Assembly: GCF_006345805.1 (NCBI RefSeq)
Contig: NC_043008.1
Span: 16,554,001 to 16,618,000, forward strand
From: Octopus sinensis
Taxonomy: Eukaryota
Direction: 5' to 3'
Length of the DNA: 64,000 bases
The notes under the pieces were generated by a model. The model was not told the origin of the DNA, searched no databases, and worked only from the letters and a program-made list of their open reading frames with translations. Below, piece after piece: positions 51,263-64,000 of this stretch (position 1 is its first letter; every line of letters begins with the position of its first letter). Both the position numbers and the translations under genes were made by a program.

Positions 51263-53578
51263 ATATCATTACGTTTCAAATTTGTTTTCCATTGATACCT
51301 TTTCTTTAATTTATTCACTTAAACAGTAGATATCAGGCATATTAGCATGTTTCATTCATCTTACATTTGAGTTTAGTTCTTATCAATTCGCAAATCGAGG
51401 ATTATTATTGAAGTAATCATTACAGTAATGCGCAATAAATTTTATTGCAATATGTTATATATTTGTATAGTTGTATTACTGTATACACCTTCGGCAGTAG
51501 AGTCGCTTCGTTAAATAAACCCCCCTTTTATATGTTAAAAATTTAATAATTATATCACATTTAATGTAAGAGTTAAAACGATCGATGTATTGCTTGTTCG
51601 ATACTGATAATTAAGTATAAATATTTTTCGGTAGGGCAGAAAATAAATTAACAAAAAGACGTACGAACGAAGTGGATTCGTTTGGCCTGAAGTAAAACTA
51701 TTACTTTCGGTGCTCCCCTCACAGTACCTACAAAGACTTTTATCATTACTCTATCGATACAGAACTGCAATATAATAGCGTGTACATCTAGGACATATGA
51801 ATCATATCGCTTCAATCTAGAATATAAAGAGAGTAGAAAGTGCAGTGAATGCATGTCAATTCACCATTCCATTAAATACTCCGTTTCATGCCTTATTAAT
51901 CTACTGCTTCCTTTGAGTTATTTCCTCGGAGAATTTCTACTGATCTAGAACTTGAAATCAAATTAATTATGAATTAACGAGACTTGGTTGCAACTATACA
52001 CGACATTCATACACGATTACTTCAAATAACTCATAACTACGCATGCCGAATAAAATTCCTTACGCAGCGCCGAGGATCGATAGACAAGGTATAAATTCTA
52101 ATATTTGCTTTGAGGTTTCCAGTAGTTAATTGTTGTTTAAAACAGGAAGAATATCCGGATAATGAATATGTTTTCATATAACAACGTGTCAATATACGTG
52201 TTTTATATATGTGAGTTTATGCCAAACAAATAGAAACAAGCGGAATAATGCACAACTCCTCGGAAATGACCTGTAAATTTTCTTCATTAATTTTATGAGC
52301 CCCACGAATATCCCTGCATATATTTTAAGAAAATTACTTTAATTCAAGTATACAGTGTTACGTAATCTAATCTGTATGCAAATCTAAATGTGTTTCTCTT
52401 GTCGCATGACTTTAGATCGATATAAATAACAAGGTGCTGCTTTATAAAGCCAGGTTAAGTGGTTCAGGTAATATAGATAGGAACCTTTGTTTGAAATTTC
52501 TACTTCAAACACATTAATCAATCAAATTCTCATAAATGTGACTATATGGAACAGGGTGAACATACCTTAACGTATAGTGTTAATTGCTCGTTTCTATAGA
52601 CCCAGGTAAAACTTGATCGCACAAACAAATGAACAAAATTTCTACTATCTTTCTCTTGCGTATATAACCTCTCTAACATCATATTATCTGATCGCGTCTC
52701 TAAAAAAATCTAGAACTCACTATTTTTCAAACGAAAGACTGGATTCAAATTCATCACATTATTCAACATTTCCTTTCTCGTTTGAAAGAGTAGAGTATAA
52801 TCTAAGAGAGATTTGCGGTTTATGTTTAGCAGTTGGTGTGTCTGCATAGAGGCTCCGTTTTGTCTAGTTCACTTCTCGTTCGATACACACTATCTCAAAT
52901 GTACATTAGTTTTAACTTGAATCCAGTAACAACCAACCGAATCAAATGTAATAAACTTACTCAATAAATGTCAGGGAAAGCTGGAATATTTAGAAAAAAA
53001 ATGTTAAAACTAAGGAGGAATAGAACATATTGATATCCATTGTGTCATTCATAACAATAAGTTGCGTTTATCATTTAATTTCACGTAATATATCTGGAAA
53101 TTAGATTATGTCATATTGTAAGGATGATATAATAAATAATTCGATAGAAAATTGCCGGTTTATGAATTGGCAGTAATTATAGAAATCGGTCGACGTCAGT
53201 GAATAAAGTAACCAATCAGCTGAGTATCGAGTGAATTTGTACATGGACGGCTTCCGTCCCTGTAACGTTTGATATGACGTAATGAAAAAATTCTTCCAGA
53301 TGGATAAGTTAAAGTTAGAAAAAAAAATGAGATTATTCACAGCATTTGCTATGTTTCAAGAATGATCAAAAGGACATAAAAGATAACTCAATATTATAAG
53401 TCTTCATTAGACCTTAGGCTACAGTTATACTACACTGGCATACGCCGACAAGCCATTTTGGATATGTATATATATATATGTATATATATACCCATACTTA
53501 CACGTACACATGTCGGTGTATACAGATAAACATGCTTCTCAGTGCCTATATGTGCATGCTCACATGAATATATATATG

Positions 53579-53637
<59 letters not shown>

Positions 53638-53710
53638 CCATACATACACGTATACACGTCAGTATATACAGATACACGTACTTGTCAGTGTTTATATGTG
53701 CATGCTCGCA

Positions 53711-53757
<47 letters not shown>

Positions 53758-53787
53758 ATATATATGTATATATGTGTGTGTGTCTGT

Positions 53788-54083
53788 GTGCAGTAGCCCA
53801 GTGGCTAGGGCATGGGACTTGCGGTCGTAGGATCACGGTTTCGATTCCCAGGCCGGGCGTTGTGTATGGTTATTGAGCGAAAACACCTAAAGGTTCACGA
53901 GTCGCCGGCACTGGTTTGCGGCGATCCCGCTGTACTCTTTCGCCACAACTTTCTCTCACTCTTTCTTCCGTTGGCCTCTTCGCTTAGCCAACGGGGTGGC
54001 GTCATTTGAAGGCTAACACAATGCGAAGCGCATTGTGACCTGCGATGTGTAGGAACATCTGATGGCCTGGTCGGTCACGTGAT
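53788..54083 (+). mobile_element. SINE family C, tail type 2
   Basis: A-box TAGCCCAGTGG, B-box GTTTCGATTCC, shared body; tail ends AACATCTGATGGCCTGGTCGGTCACGTGAT. Confidence 0.87.
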
Positions 54084-55120
54084 ATACATACGTATCCATA
54101 TGTATGTGTGTGTGTCTGTGCATGTACGCGTGGGTGTGTCCCACTGTGTTCATGTGTGTATGCCAGTGTTTCTACATAGATGCATATATATATGCAAACA
54201 TACTTACATGCATACAGAATTTACCGTAGACATATATCTACAGATGTATGAATACATCCATCACTTCAGTTTATCTAGTCAGTTTATGCATCAACGTACA
54301 ATTTGTATATTCTAGAGGGAATAAAGCAATGCTTCATACTACGTAGTGTACGATATAGCATTTCCAGCTCATATGCTCGGTTAGAAAATGAATTGTCACG
54401 TATATTCAATACCGTGCCCTTTCAGGCGACCAGATATGCTCATTGTTTACGATAAATTTTGGTTTGTTTCCATCGCTTATTTTTCTAATTGATTTTTGTA
54501 ATATTACATCGTTTGAGTAAAACTATTCACTGGAATGCATTTAATAAGAGAATTGCATCATAATTATCTTGATTAGAGTTGTTTTGGAACGATTACAATT
54601 GAAAATAAATCCCATATGTTTTGAATTTTGCATTTTGTTTATTGTTTGTTGTTACGCAAATGGGTGTGTATCCCAGGAGAATTGTAAAGCATAAGCTTAC
54701 ACATATATTGAACATTTCATTGCTTAAACTAAAAAAAATAAATATCCAAAAGCGTAGCAAAAAAAACCCACAAAAAAACAATAACTAAACAAATGTAAGC
54801 GTAGCTACAGAGAAAATATCGAAATACGCGTGACTACTAACAAATACCATTGTCATAGAATTTTGCAGAAAATGTCAAAAGTTTGCGAAGAAAATTGTAA
54901 TGATTGTAAATTCTGCTGACATTTCCTGGTCCATTTAAAACAATGATAAGTAGGAAGGCGGCAACATGGAATAGATAAATAAATAAATGGAAAAGCAACA
55001 AGACTAACTTTAAGTGAGGCTAAAGGAACACTAAATATCTCTGTTAGGATATTTTTTATGTTTTCAGTGACGGTCTGTATGAACATAATATCAATTGAAT
55101 ATTTGTATGTAGAATGTTAT

Positions 55121-55193
<73 letters not shown>

Positions 55194-55463
55194 GCGTACA
55201 CACATATATATATATACATATATACTTACACACACACACATCGTTAAGATAACAAAAGAAAGAGACCTCAATATTATGTAAACAGAGGAAATTTATCTGT
55301 AAAATAATATGTGACAATTATTCAATAGCCAAGATAAAACTCTGAGTTTCGGATGCCGAGGTGTAAATCCACAACATCATCTCTTCGGCTATCTGGCCAT
55401 CTGAAAAACGCTATGAAAAAAGACCTTTATACAAAGGGAAATTACTGTGTTATAATTCCGTTG

Positions 55464-55509
<46 letters not shown>

Positions 55510-56879
55510 ATTACGTACCATTCTTAGAATCGATGCAAGTTACTATGATTTTCTGGGTACAGTCAGAAGCAAGAAAGTACTTCAGATCATTGTTACAATA
55601 TCTTCGTAAGTGTTGTAAGGAAAGACTAGCTTGTACTGGCATCATCAGGTTCCATAACTTGTAGTAATAAAGTCAAAGCAAATAATCATATTCTGAAATC
55701 AATTAAGAGGTACGTTCCAGAACTGTATGACATATGACAGAAATCACGTCACTTACGCAAGACTATCGTCTTTCACATATTTTGAAATGTATGAACTGAA
55801 GAAAGTCCTGCGTAAGAGGTATATTTCATATTATATATCATGCAGGTCAGAAACACACATTCTAAATGCTTACAAAATATCATTATTTGATGCATGCATT
55901 ATATCGTTTGATTTCTTTATTACAACACACATACATACAACAGAGGTTTTTTTTACAGATTCTAGCACTTGAGCTACTCTCTACTTTGTCCACTCTGCAA
56001 GAATAAAATGCGAAGTCGATCCCATAGAAATTAATCACTTAAGAAAATTATAAGAACCAAAGCAAACGCTGCACATATTCCTGGTATTGTCTGTTGAATC
56101 TGGCCTTTCCCCAGTTTCTTTCTCCGGTTCAAATACTAAATAGTTTTTTCAAACGAAAAGTATGTGAATATTAAAAGAAATCTTGTGTTATTCATTGAAT
56201 TGTTCGTATAATATAAATGATAATAGGTAAACAAAATCTATTAGATATATTTTGTAAAATCATTCAGCGCAGAATATTTGAAATAATTCCATAGAGATTT
56301 TAGGTGAGGGATAATCATGACACATTGAAATTAGGATTCTAAAAACCACCATTGAAGTTGTAACTTTACTCTTTTCAATTCCCAGCTTTCTGTAGTTCGA
56401 TATAATTATATTTTCATTCGTGTTTTAAAAGAATAAAAAAATCCGTTTCAAATTACATCATTATTTTATCAATACTATTTTGTATTTATTTCCTTTATAT
56501 TTTACCTTATGTTATATAAATTAATAAAATAACGAAACGTTACACCCACCCTTCCTTTCAATACCAAATTACTGTTGGAAATTTTACGGATTAATTTACA
56601 CTGAGTCGAAAGAAAATTTCTCAGGGTATGGCGAAACATCACGTAATATATGTTATTTTTCTCAATGTTTTAAGCTTAAATACGTTCTAAATTTAGTTTA
56701 TCTGTCATCTTATAAGCTGATAACTTCACTTACTGTCATAAACCACAGACTAGTTATCGAGTAAATACTTTGTTACGCAACAACATAAAGTGCTTTTATA
56801 CTACTAAATCGGAGAGAATGAAACGATTATGTGCTGCCCGGGCAGCGATCATTGTTTCCCACGAAAGTTCCGGATCCCA

Positions 56880-57360
56880 CTAATGAACTCATATACATAC
56901 AGCCAATCAGAGTTCACATTGACCTTGTTGTCAAGTTAACACAGCCTGGCATTCAAAAACGGTGTTTTAAGTCGACCGATCGCTAATCTATGTCTAATGT
57001 TTGGAGAAAATTGACCTTGATAGATTTGCATCTATACCTATTATCAGATTTTGTGAGGACCCCGTATGGCAAAGATGCGGATGGGAAAAATGTGGGTAGA
57101 GGATGATGTGCTAGTGATCCTCTGCCTTTACTGTTTTACAAAGTAAGCAACAACACAAATAACAACGCAGGGGCAGCCATAGTTGAAGCAGGAAGAAGAA
57201 TAACAGGCATTAGTAAAACGGAGAAGAAGCATAGTCATTCCTTACCCAAGTGACCTTATCTTATCGCCCATCACTTATACGCTCATAAATTAGTCTGACA
57301 TTTAAGCACTTATTGGTTGTATGCAACTGAGTTCATTGTTGGGGTCAGGAACTCAGTGGC
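56880..57360. promoter_or_regulatory. candidate enhancer: nuclear-receptor half-site cluster with CCAAT and octamer
   Basis: AGCCAATCAG 56901-56910; AGTTCA-CAT-TGACCT 56911-56925; TGACCTTGA 57012-57020; ATTTGCAT 57024-57031; further half-sites at 56884, 57251, 57330 and 57342. Motif evidence only. Confidence 0.3.
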
Positions 57361-58849
57361 GAAAAAAAAAAATCCTTGGCCGGGCAATGAAGTCGTTTTG
57401 GTGACAGAACGTTTTAGCACTGGAGGCAGACAGTCCCACTACCACGAACTAGCACTTGCGTGCAGAAATATATATATATGCAGAGAGAATGGTTGGGAAA
57501 GAGAGAAGAACGGAGGGAGAGAGAGAAAGAGAGAGAAAAAGAGAGAGATTATTTGTTGAGTGCGTTTGAAATACTTTCCGTCTTCTCATATACATGGAGA
57601 GAAATAAACTTGCATACATAAACAGAGATTGCGGAGAAAGAGAGAGGTTTGTAGGTAGGAAAAGATTGGTAAATAAATGTTAAACCGTCTAATGGCAAAT
57701 AAGTCAGCGTCGAATCAACGGCATCAAACAGGCGGTGCTAAAGATGATGTGCCGAAGCATCTCACTCATCCCATCTAGGGACTCTTAAAAAACAGGGTAG
57801 TAAAGTTTGAATTCATAGCTACTGGAGATCATTTCAACCAGTTTCCTCATTTGTGTTACTCATCACCATCGGCAGGTATTCCATTGCATGCAAATCGTGA
57901 TACTTTCGGTTCTATGTACAATTAACAGAAGAGAAATTTTCTGTTATGGACGAAAGATTGTTAATTTGTACGTGTTGTAGATGTCTCATTTCATTGTTTT
58001 CAATGTAAATAAGCGACTTTATCTCCGTATACACCATGACAATATAAACTTATAAAATTGTAATATAAATATGAGTTATTTTACATAACAGCCTCTGGGT
58101 TGTAAGATTATCTCCCTAGAGCCACACATTCCTACGTTTGATATTAATGTATCTGTGAAGGCCTGCGCCAAATATTATTCATTATTTCATTACAACGCAT
58201 CATATTCTAATTCCAAATCCGGTTAAGATCACCTTTTATTATTCATTCTTGAGGGAGCATTCAACTGGCGCTTAACAACGAAGACAATATATGAAACAAG
58301 TCACAAATTCAGCCCATTTTTATTGAACTTTTCCCATAAAGTATGATCTTCATTCTCATTCTACGTTAGAAGTGATTATGAGAAAATAAATTCGTAATCA
58401 TAACGGGTATTATATATTTCTTTTCTTTTTTTAAAATTTTCTCTCTACTTCATTATCAAGTGTGTGAAACACTAACTAAAAAAAATAAAATGAAAATAAA
58501 ATAATAAAAAGGGAAAGAAAACAAAAATACAAATAACTTTTTTTTTCTGAAGAGAGGGAAGGGCTGAACTATGTATCATTTTATTTCATTAAATATCGGG
58601 TCACTCAATGTAAACGTTCCTCTATTATACTTTTGCTGAAACATTTACTCTCGGCATTTACAATCGAAATGTTCACGCCACCATTTTGCAAGCATCACTC
58701 GACGTCTCTATTAAACAAACACATCACAGTTTGAGTGTGTTGACTGTACACATTAATCATTGTGCTTTATTTGTCAACACATTACATAAAGTGTTTACAC
58801 AATGACTCAGTTATCGATCTCCTTCTTATGTACAAAACGTTATTTAATC

Positions 58850-58851
58850 AC

Positions 58852-58888
<37 letters not shown>

Positions 58889-58929
58889 TTATTATTATCA
58901 TTTTTGTTATTGTTGTACTTTATATATTA

Positions 58930-58978
<49 letters not shown>

Positions 58979-59184
58979 TGTTATTATTGTTATCATCATC
59001 ATTTTTGTTATTGTTGTACTTCCTATATTATCATTATTATTATTATTATTATTATTAATATTATTATTATTATCATCATCATAATTTTTGTTATAGTTGT
59101 ACTTCATATTATTATTATTATTATTATTTTTATCATTATTATTATTACTGCTCTTCTTCTTCTTCTTCTTATTATTATTATTAT

Positions 59185-59227
<43 letters not shown>

Positions 59228-59370
59228 TGTTGTAGTGACAGTAGTTCCATCCTCCTTATCCTTCTCTCCCTCCTTTTCGTCGTCGTCGTCGTCCTCCGCC
59301 TCATACTCCTCCTTTTCCTACATATTATCCTCCCCCTCCTCATCCTCCTCTTCCTCCTCCGCATCATTAT
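58850..59370 (+). repeat. compound trinucleotide array (CAT/TTA/TTC/TAG/TCC/TCG)
   Basis: Directly visible; includes a three-copy higher-order unit. Confidence 0.95.
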
Positions 59371-59657
59371 TTTTTTTCTTCTTTTTACATCTCATAGAGT
59401 ACAATTATTTAATCAAGCAATGAATCGCACATAATGTAATTTTAACGAAAACTTGAAATAAATCTTCTCAGTCCGTATGCTATGAACTAAATTAGGTTTC
59501 CTGTTGAATGTTTACAGAAGTAAACTCAAGTGAAAATGACCCGTTAAAATATGAAAACCGACATTAATGAACAATTTGTAAGATAAGGCATACGCCGCAT
59601 TCCTAAATTTTTATTTGCAAAAAGACAGAGACACTCCCAGCCAAATTTCTTCACCGA

Positions 59658-60255
59658 AGGAGCAGGAGTGGCTGTGTGAAGCAACATCTGATAGCCTGGT
59701 CGGTCACGTGAACACATGGTTAATGTAATAGACTTTCTGACTCCAAATGTCGCTGGGTAAGACTCCGCCTTTCATTCTTTCGGGGTCGATTAAATAAGTA
59801 CCGGTTGAGTGCTAGGGTCGATGTAATCGACTTACCCACCCCAACAAATTTGCTGACCATGTTCCATAGTAGATTAGACTTGCCTACCAACCGCATGATT
59901 CCGGGTTCAATTCCACTGCACGGCACCTTGGACAAGAGTCTTCTACTATAGCCTCGGGCCGAACAAAGCGTTGTGAGGGGATTGGGTAGACGGAAAGTGA
60001 AAGAAGCCCTTCGTATATATGTATATATGTGTGTGTGTATTTGAGTGTCTGTGCTTGTCCCCTCAACATCACTTGACAGCCGATGCTGGTGTGTTTACGT
60101 CGCCATAACTTAGCGATTCGGCAAAAGAGGCCGATAGAATAAGTACTAAGCTTACAAAGAATAAGACCTGGGGACGATTTGCTCGACTAAAGGCGGTGCT
60201 CCAGCATGGCCGCAGTCAAATGACTGAAACAAGGAAAAGAGAGAAAGAAAGAGAG
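59658..60255 (+). mobile_element. SINE family B, full length, head interrupted by a ~190-bp chimeric insert (59680-59868)
   Basis: GGAGCAGGAGTGGCTGTGTG, then insert, then ...CTTGCCTACCAACCGCATG through tail GGCCGCAGTCAAATGACTGAAACAAG. Confidence 0.88.
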
Positions 60256-60799
60256 TAGTCCGAAGCAATTACTCTCTCAGTTACTTTCTTTCTCTCTCTC
60301 TCTCTGTCTCTCTTTCCCCCTCAGTTGAGCATTAATTTCTTAGTATAGTCGTCTTTCCATATATAAGTTATATTTATTTCTTTATTGCCCTCAGGGGGCT
60401 GACTATAGGGGAGACAAACAAGGACAGAAGTCACATTGACTCTACCAATCAACAATCTGTCAGTCAGCGAACCAACAGTAACAAAAATTATGTTGTCAGC
60501 GCACGTACAAAGTTAAAAGTTTGATATTTCCAAATTGTATTCGGTTAATCAGTTAGCTTAGTCTTCATTTGTTCAAAGAATTATAATTCTGCTTTATGTT
60601 AGTTATAGTTCTGCTTTATTAGAAACTTTTCTGTCACTTTAGAGGTTCAATTTTAACATACTTGATACTCACGCGTTTTCTTCTCTCACTAAGTTGAGTA
60701 GAACCTGGTAAAATACCAGTTCATGAGAACCAAACCGAACCTGATGCACATACTCGTTCAGGTGATAATATTAGTCTAATTTATTATTGATATCACACT

Positions 60800-60940
60800 T
60801 TGAGACAAGCCCAGCAAATTTCTGGGAGAGGGTAAGTCGATTACATCGACCCTAGCACTGAACCGGTACTTATTTACTCGACCCCGAAAGAATGAAAGGC
60901 GAAGTCTTACCCAGCGGCATTTGAACTCAGAAGGTCTAAT
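60800..60940 (-). mobile_element. family A-related body and tail fragment
   Basis: GGTAAGTCGATTACATCGACCCTAGCACT...CGACCCCGAAAGAATGAAAGGC...TTTGAACTCAGAA. Confidence 0.8.
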
Positions 60941-60944
60941 CATG

Positions 60945-61232
60945 TATCAGATGTTGCTACTCATCGCTGGTCACAATGCGCTTCGCATTGTATTTTTTGG
61001 AGCCTTCAGATGACGCCACCCCACCGGCTAAACGAGCAGGCGTACAGAAGAAAGTGTGAGAGAAAGTTGTGGTGAAAGACTACAGCAGGGATCGCCACCA
61101 CACCCTGCCGGAGCCTCTTGGAGATTTAGGTGTTTTCGCTCAATAAACACTCACAAGGTCCGATCTGGGAATGGAACCTGCGATCCTACGAACGCAAGTC
61201 CACTGCCCTAATCACTGGGCCATAGCGCCTCC
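60945..61232 (-). mobile_element. SINE family C, tail type 2
   Basis: Reverse complement of the 53788-54065 architecture; head ends GCGCCTCC on plus. Confidence 0.85.
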
Positions 61233-61261
61233 ACAATATATTAATACATTAGTCTAATATA

Positions 61262-61478
61262 TTATTCTTTCTAATATTGGCTGAAGGCCTAAAGTTTTTG
61301 ATAGGTAGGTTCTAGTTGATGCGTCGCACCTAGTGCTCAATTGACTTTAATTTTATCAATTCCAAAACGATGAAACTCTAAGATAACCTCGGTGAAACTA
61401 GAACTCAGAACGTTATGCCCGAAGAAGTGTCTGCTAATCATTTTATCTGCATGATAACGGTTCTGCCAGCTGATTGGC
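61262..61478 (-). mobile_element. old family A-related relic
   Basis: AAGGCCTAAA...AACCTCGGTGAAACTAGAACTCAGAACGT...TAACGGTTCTGCCAGCT landmarks in family order. Confidence 0.5.
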
Positions 61479-61689
61479 CTAGTGTGATATATTAAAACAC
61501 AGCATACAATGTTATATAAATACACAAGATTTTATAAATATAACTGTGTATAGTATAAAGTAATACAATTTGAGAGAATCTAATGCAAAATGACAATGCA
61601 TCTGTGTTAGTTAAAATTAGCGTGGAATGAACTTTTTGTGACCTTCAAAACAAAAAGGAAGCGAAGGAGAAAACGCTAACTATTCGGTC

Positions 61690-62410
61690 CTGGTGATAAT
61701 GGCTACGGTTTTAAAGAATAGCAACGATGGTAATGATGGGTGTGGGTGAATGATGATGAGCAGGAAAAAAAAAACGGCTGAGGAGGGCGTTGGCACCGGT
61801 GGTGGTTGTTGTGATAATGAGGATAATGATTATGGCATTCCTGGTGTTTTCGTTGTTAGGTGGTGTTAATGTGTATCTTCTTGATAACACTTAATATTAA
61901 AATGAACGTCTTGGAGATTTCTAGTCGTGTTCGTCATGTTAGTGTTCATATAGCGATTCTTTATGTAGTTGTTGGTGGTGTTGCGCTATTGTCGTTGTTG
62001 TTGTTGTTGCTGTTAGCGTTGGTGGTTACTTTGTGAATGTATATGTCGGGGTTAGGAGTTTGTTGTGGAGGGTCGGAAATGGCTATTAATTTTTTTACTA
62101 TAGTTATGAGCAAAGGTTGGAAACTATGGAGATATTAATTACTGATGATAATGATGATGATGATGATGATGATGAAGATGAGGATGGCAAAAGTGGTGGT
62201 TTTTAATGGCGGTGATTTTTGGTGGTGTTGTGGCGGTGGTATTTGTGATGATGATGATGATAATGATGATGGTGATTTGTTTTGATAATTAAAATAATAA
62301 GAAGAAAAAGGAGGAAAAGAAGACGAGGAAGAAGGAGAAGAACAATAGCAACAAGAACAACTACTACAAGAGCAAAAAATATATTTAGAACAGAATGAAG
62401 ATGGTGAAGG
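61690..62410 (+). repeat. decayed GAT/GGT/GTT/GAA trinucleotide low-complexity tract
   Basis: Directly visible; imperfect triplet periodicity. Confidence 0.75.
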
Positions 62411-63544
62411 TCGAAGGTTATGAAGAAGAAATGATCCCCACACAAATCCCCCGAAACGAATATGTGAACAGGAAAACACAGCTTATCTGATACCTATGCG
62501 CATGCTCGGTGGTCACACACTAACAATCACTGACATACACAATACACATATATATATATACATACATATACACGCACACACACACAAAAATGCACATACT
62601 GTTACGCATTGACAGAAAAGCTAACACACTAACTGACAAAATATATTTCTTAAAAATACATTCGTGTAAATTGTTTTTAACATATAATTTCTACAGCAAC
62701 AAGAGGTCGAGAAGTCACAATATAAAAACAATATAACAACTGTATGAAAAACATAAGGAAACAATACAAAAAATGATTGGATCATGTTAGGCACACAATG
62801 TACAAATTCGATATAAAGGCATAGAAATATAATATAATGAAGGGAAAATTTAAACAAATATCTACAAAATATGTAATTTTGATTAATTATGGAACCATTG
62901 TAAATGTTGAAAAGCCAGATCTTCGGTCTTGGGTTTGTATAAAGTTGATTACATTGAACAAAATGCAATATATACATGAATGTATATATATGCACACATC
63001 CACAAACACACACACAAACACACACACAGAGAAGAACATGTTCTCGTGACTGTGTGTATAGATATATAGAGCATTTGTCCTCAACTATGGTCACCCCCTC
63101 AGTGTTAATTTTATAGCAGAGATCGACGCAGTTTAGTTGTGCAAACACGAAGCAGACTGCATCAGTGAAATATTTGGGCGACTGGAAGAGAGTTAAAATT
63201 ACGAACCTGCTCCTTGGAGCCTTATGAGGCTTTTGCCCTAACTAAGCTAGTTAGCCTAACTAAACGCGTATATAAATACATATACATATGTATGTATACA
63301 CTAATGACTAGTAGGTACGTGGCATTTCGTTATGCAAATATAACATAATCTAAAATACGTTAAATGCTTTTATAAGTCACCACGTCCTCCTCCGTTAGCA
63401 GTGCTTGTTATATTATATTGTTAAGATCATTTCTTCAGAAGTCATAGCCAGCACTGATGTTTACATCTGAGGTCTGGATACGAAAGTTTGTAGCAAAACA
63501 TCAATGCTGGTTATAATTTCTGTAAAAATAATTTAACAATGCAT

Positions 63545-63830
63545 GCACGGATGTATGTATGTATGTATGTATGTATGTATGTATGTATGTATGTATGTAT
63601 GTATGTATGTATGTGTGTATGTATGTATGTATGTATGTACGTATGTATGTATGCATGCATGCATGTATGTATGTATGTATGTATGTATGTATGTATGTAT
63701 GCATGCATGTATGTATGTATGTATGTATGCATGTATGTATGCATGTATGTATGTATGTATGTATATATGTATGTATGTATGAATGTATGTATTATGTACG
63801 TATGCATGTATATATGTATTTGAGTGTGTG
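63545..63830 (+). repeat. (TATG)n array with recurring (CATG) variants
   Basis: Directly visible. Confidence 0.97.
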
Positions 63831-64000
63831 TTTGTGCTTGTATGTGGGCTCGTGTGTGTATGTGTAATGCATATTTTGATTCTCTACAATTGTATGCGAA
63901 TGTGTATAACCAGTGTTTGCGTAAGCACGTTTTATATAATTATATGAAGTGATGTTGATTTTAAAAAAAATATGTTTCAGTGTATGTGTTTATATAATAT

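Overview
AT-rich, non-coding animal genomic DNA. Most likely an octopus (coleoid cephalopod) intergenic region or very long intron, inferred from extreme microsatellite density and tRNA-derived SINE families I recognise as octopus-type; no search was run. No protein-coding exon can be supported, and nearly all ORFs in the supplied track are microsatellite or SINE read-through. The window holds three multicopy tRNA-headed SINE families (my labels A, B, C) plus relics, two decayed RTE-type LINE 3' ends, many compound microsatellites, and a ~488-bp tandem array ending in a ~310-bp-arm fold-back. The strongest unexpected signal is a set of minimal type-I hammerhead-ribozyme-like motifs of the kind known from Penelope-like element termini (8.2, 9.9, 12.9, 32.9, 48.5 and 50.3-50.5 kb). 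One belongs to a composite unit: tRNA-like Pol III head, (AAT)n, hammerhead tail, with an inverted copy of the tail upstream. Every hammerhead copy has at least one lesion, so none is predicted to be active as it stands. Other points: tail-swapping in SINE C, self-multimerising SINE A, a locally inverted templated cassette, a nuclear-receptor half-site cluster, and strand-polarised (GATA)n arrays. Repeat coordinates are approximate to a few bases.
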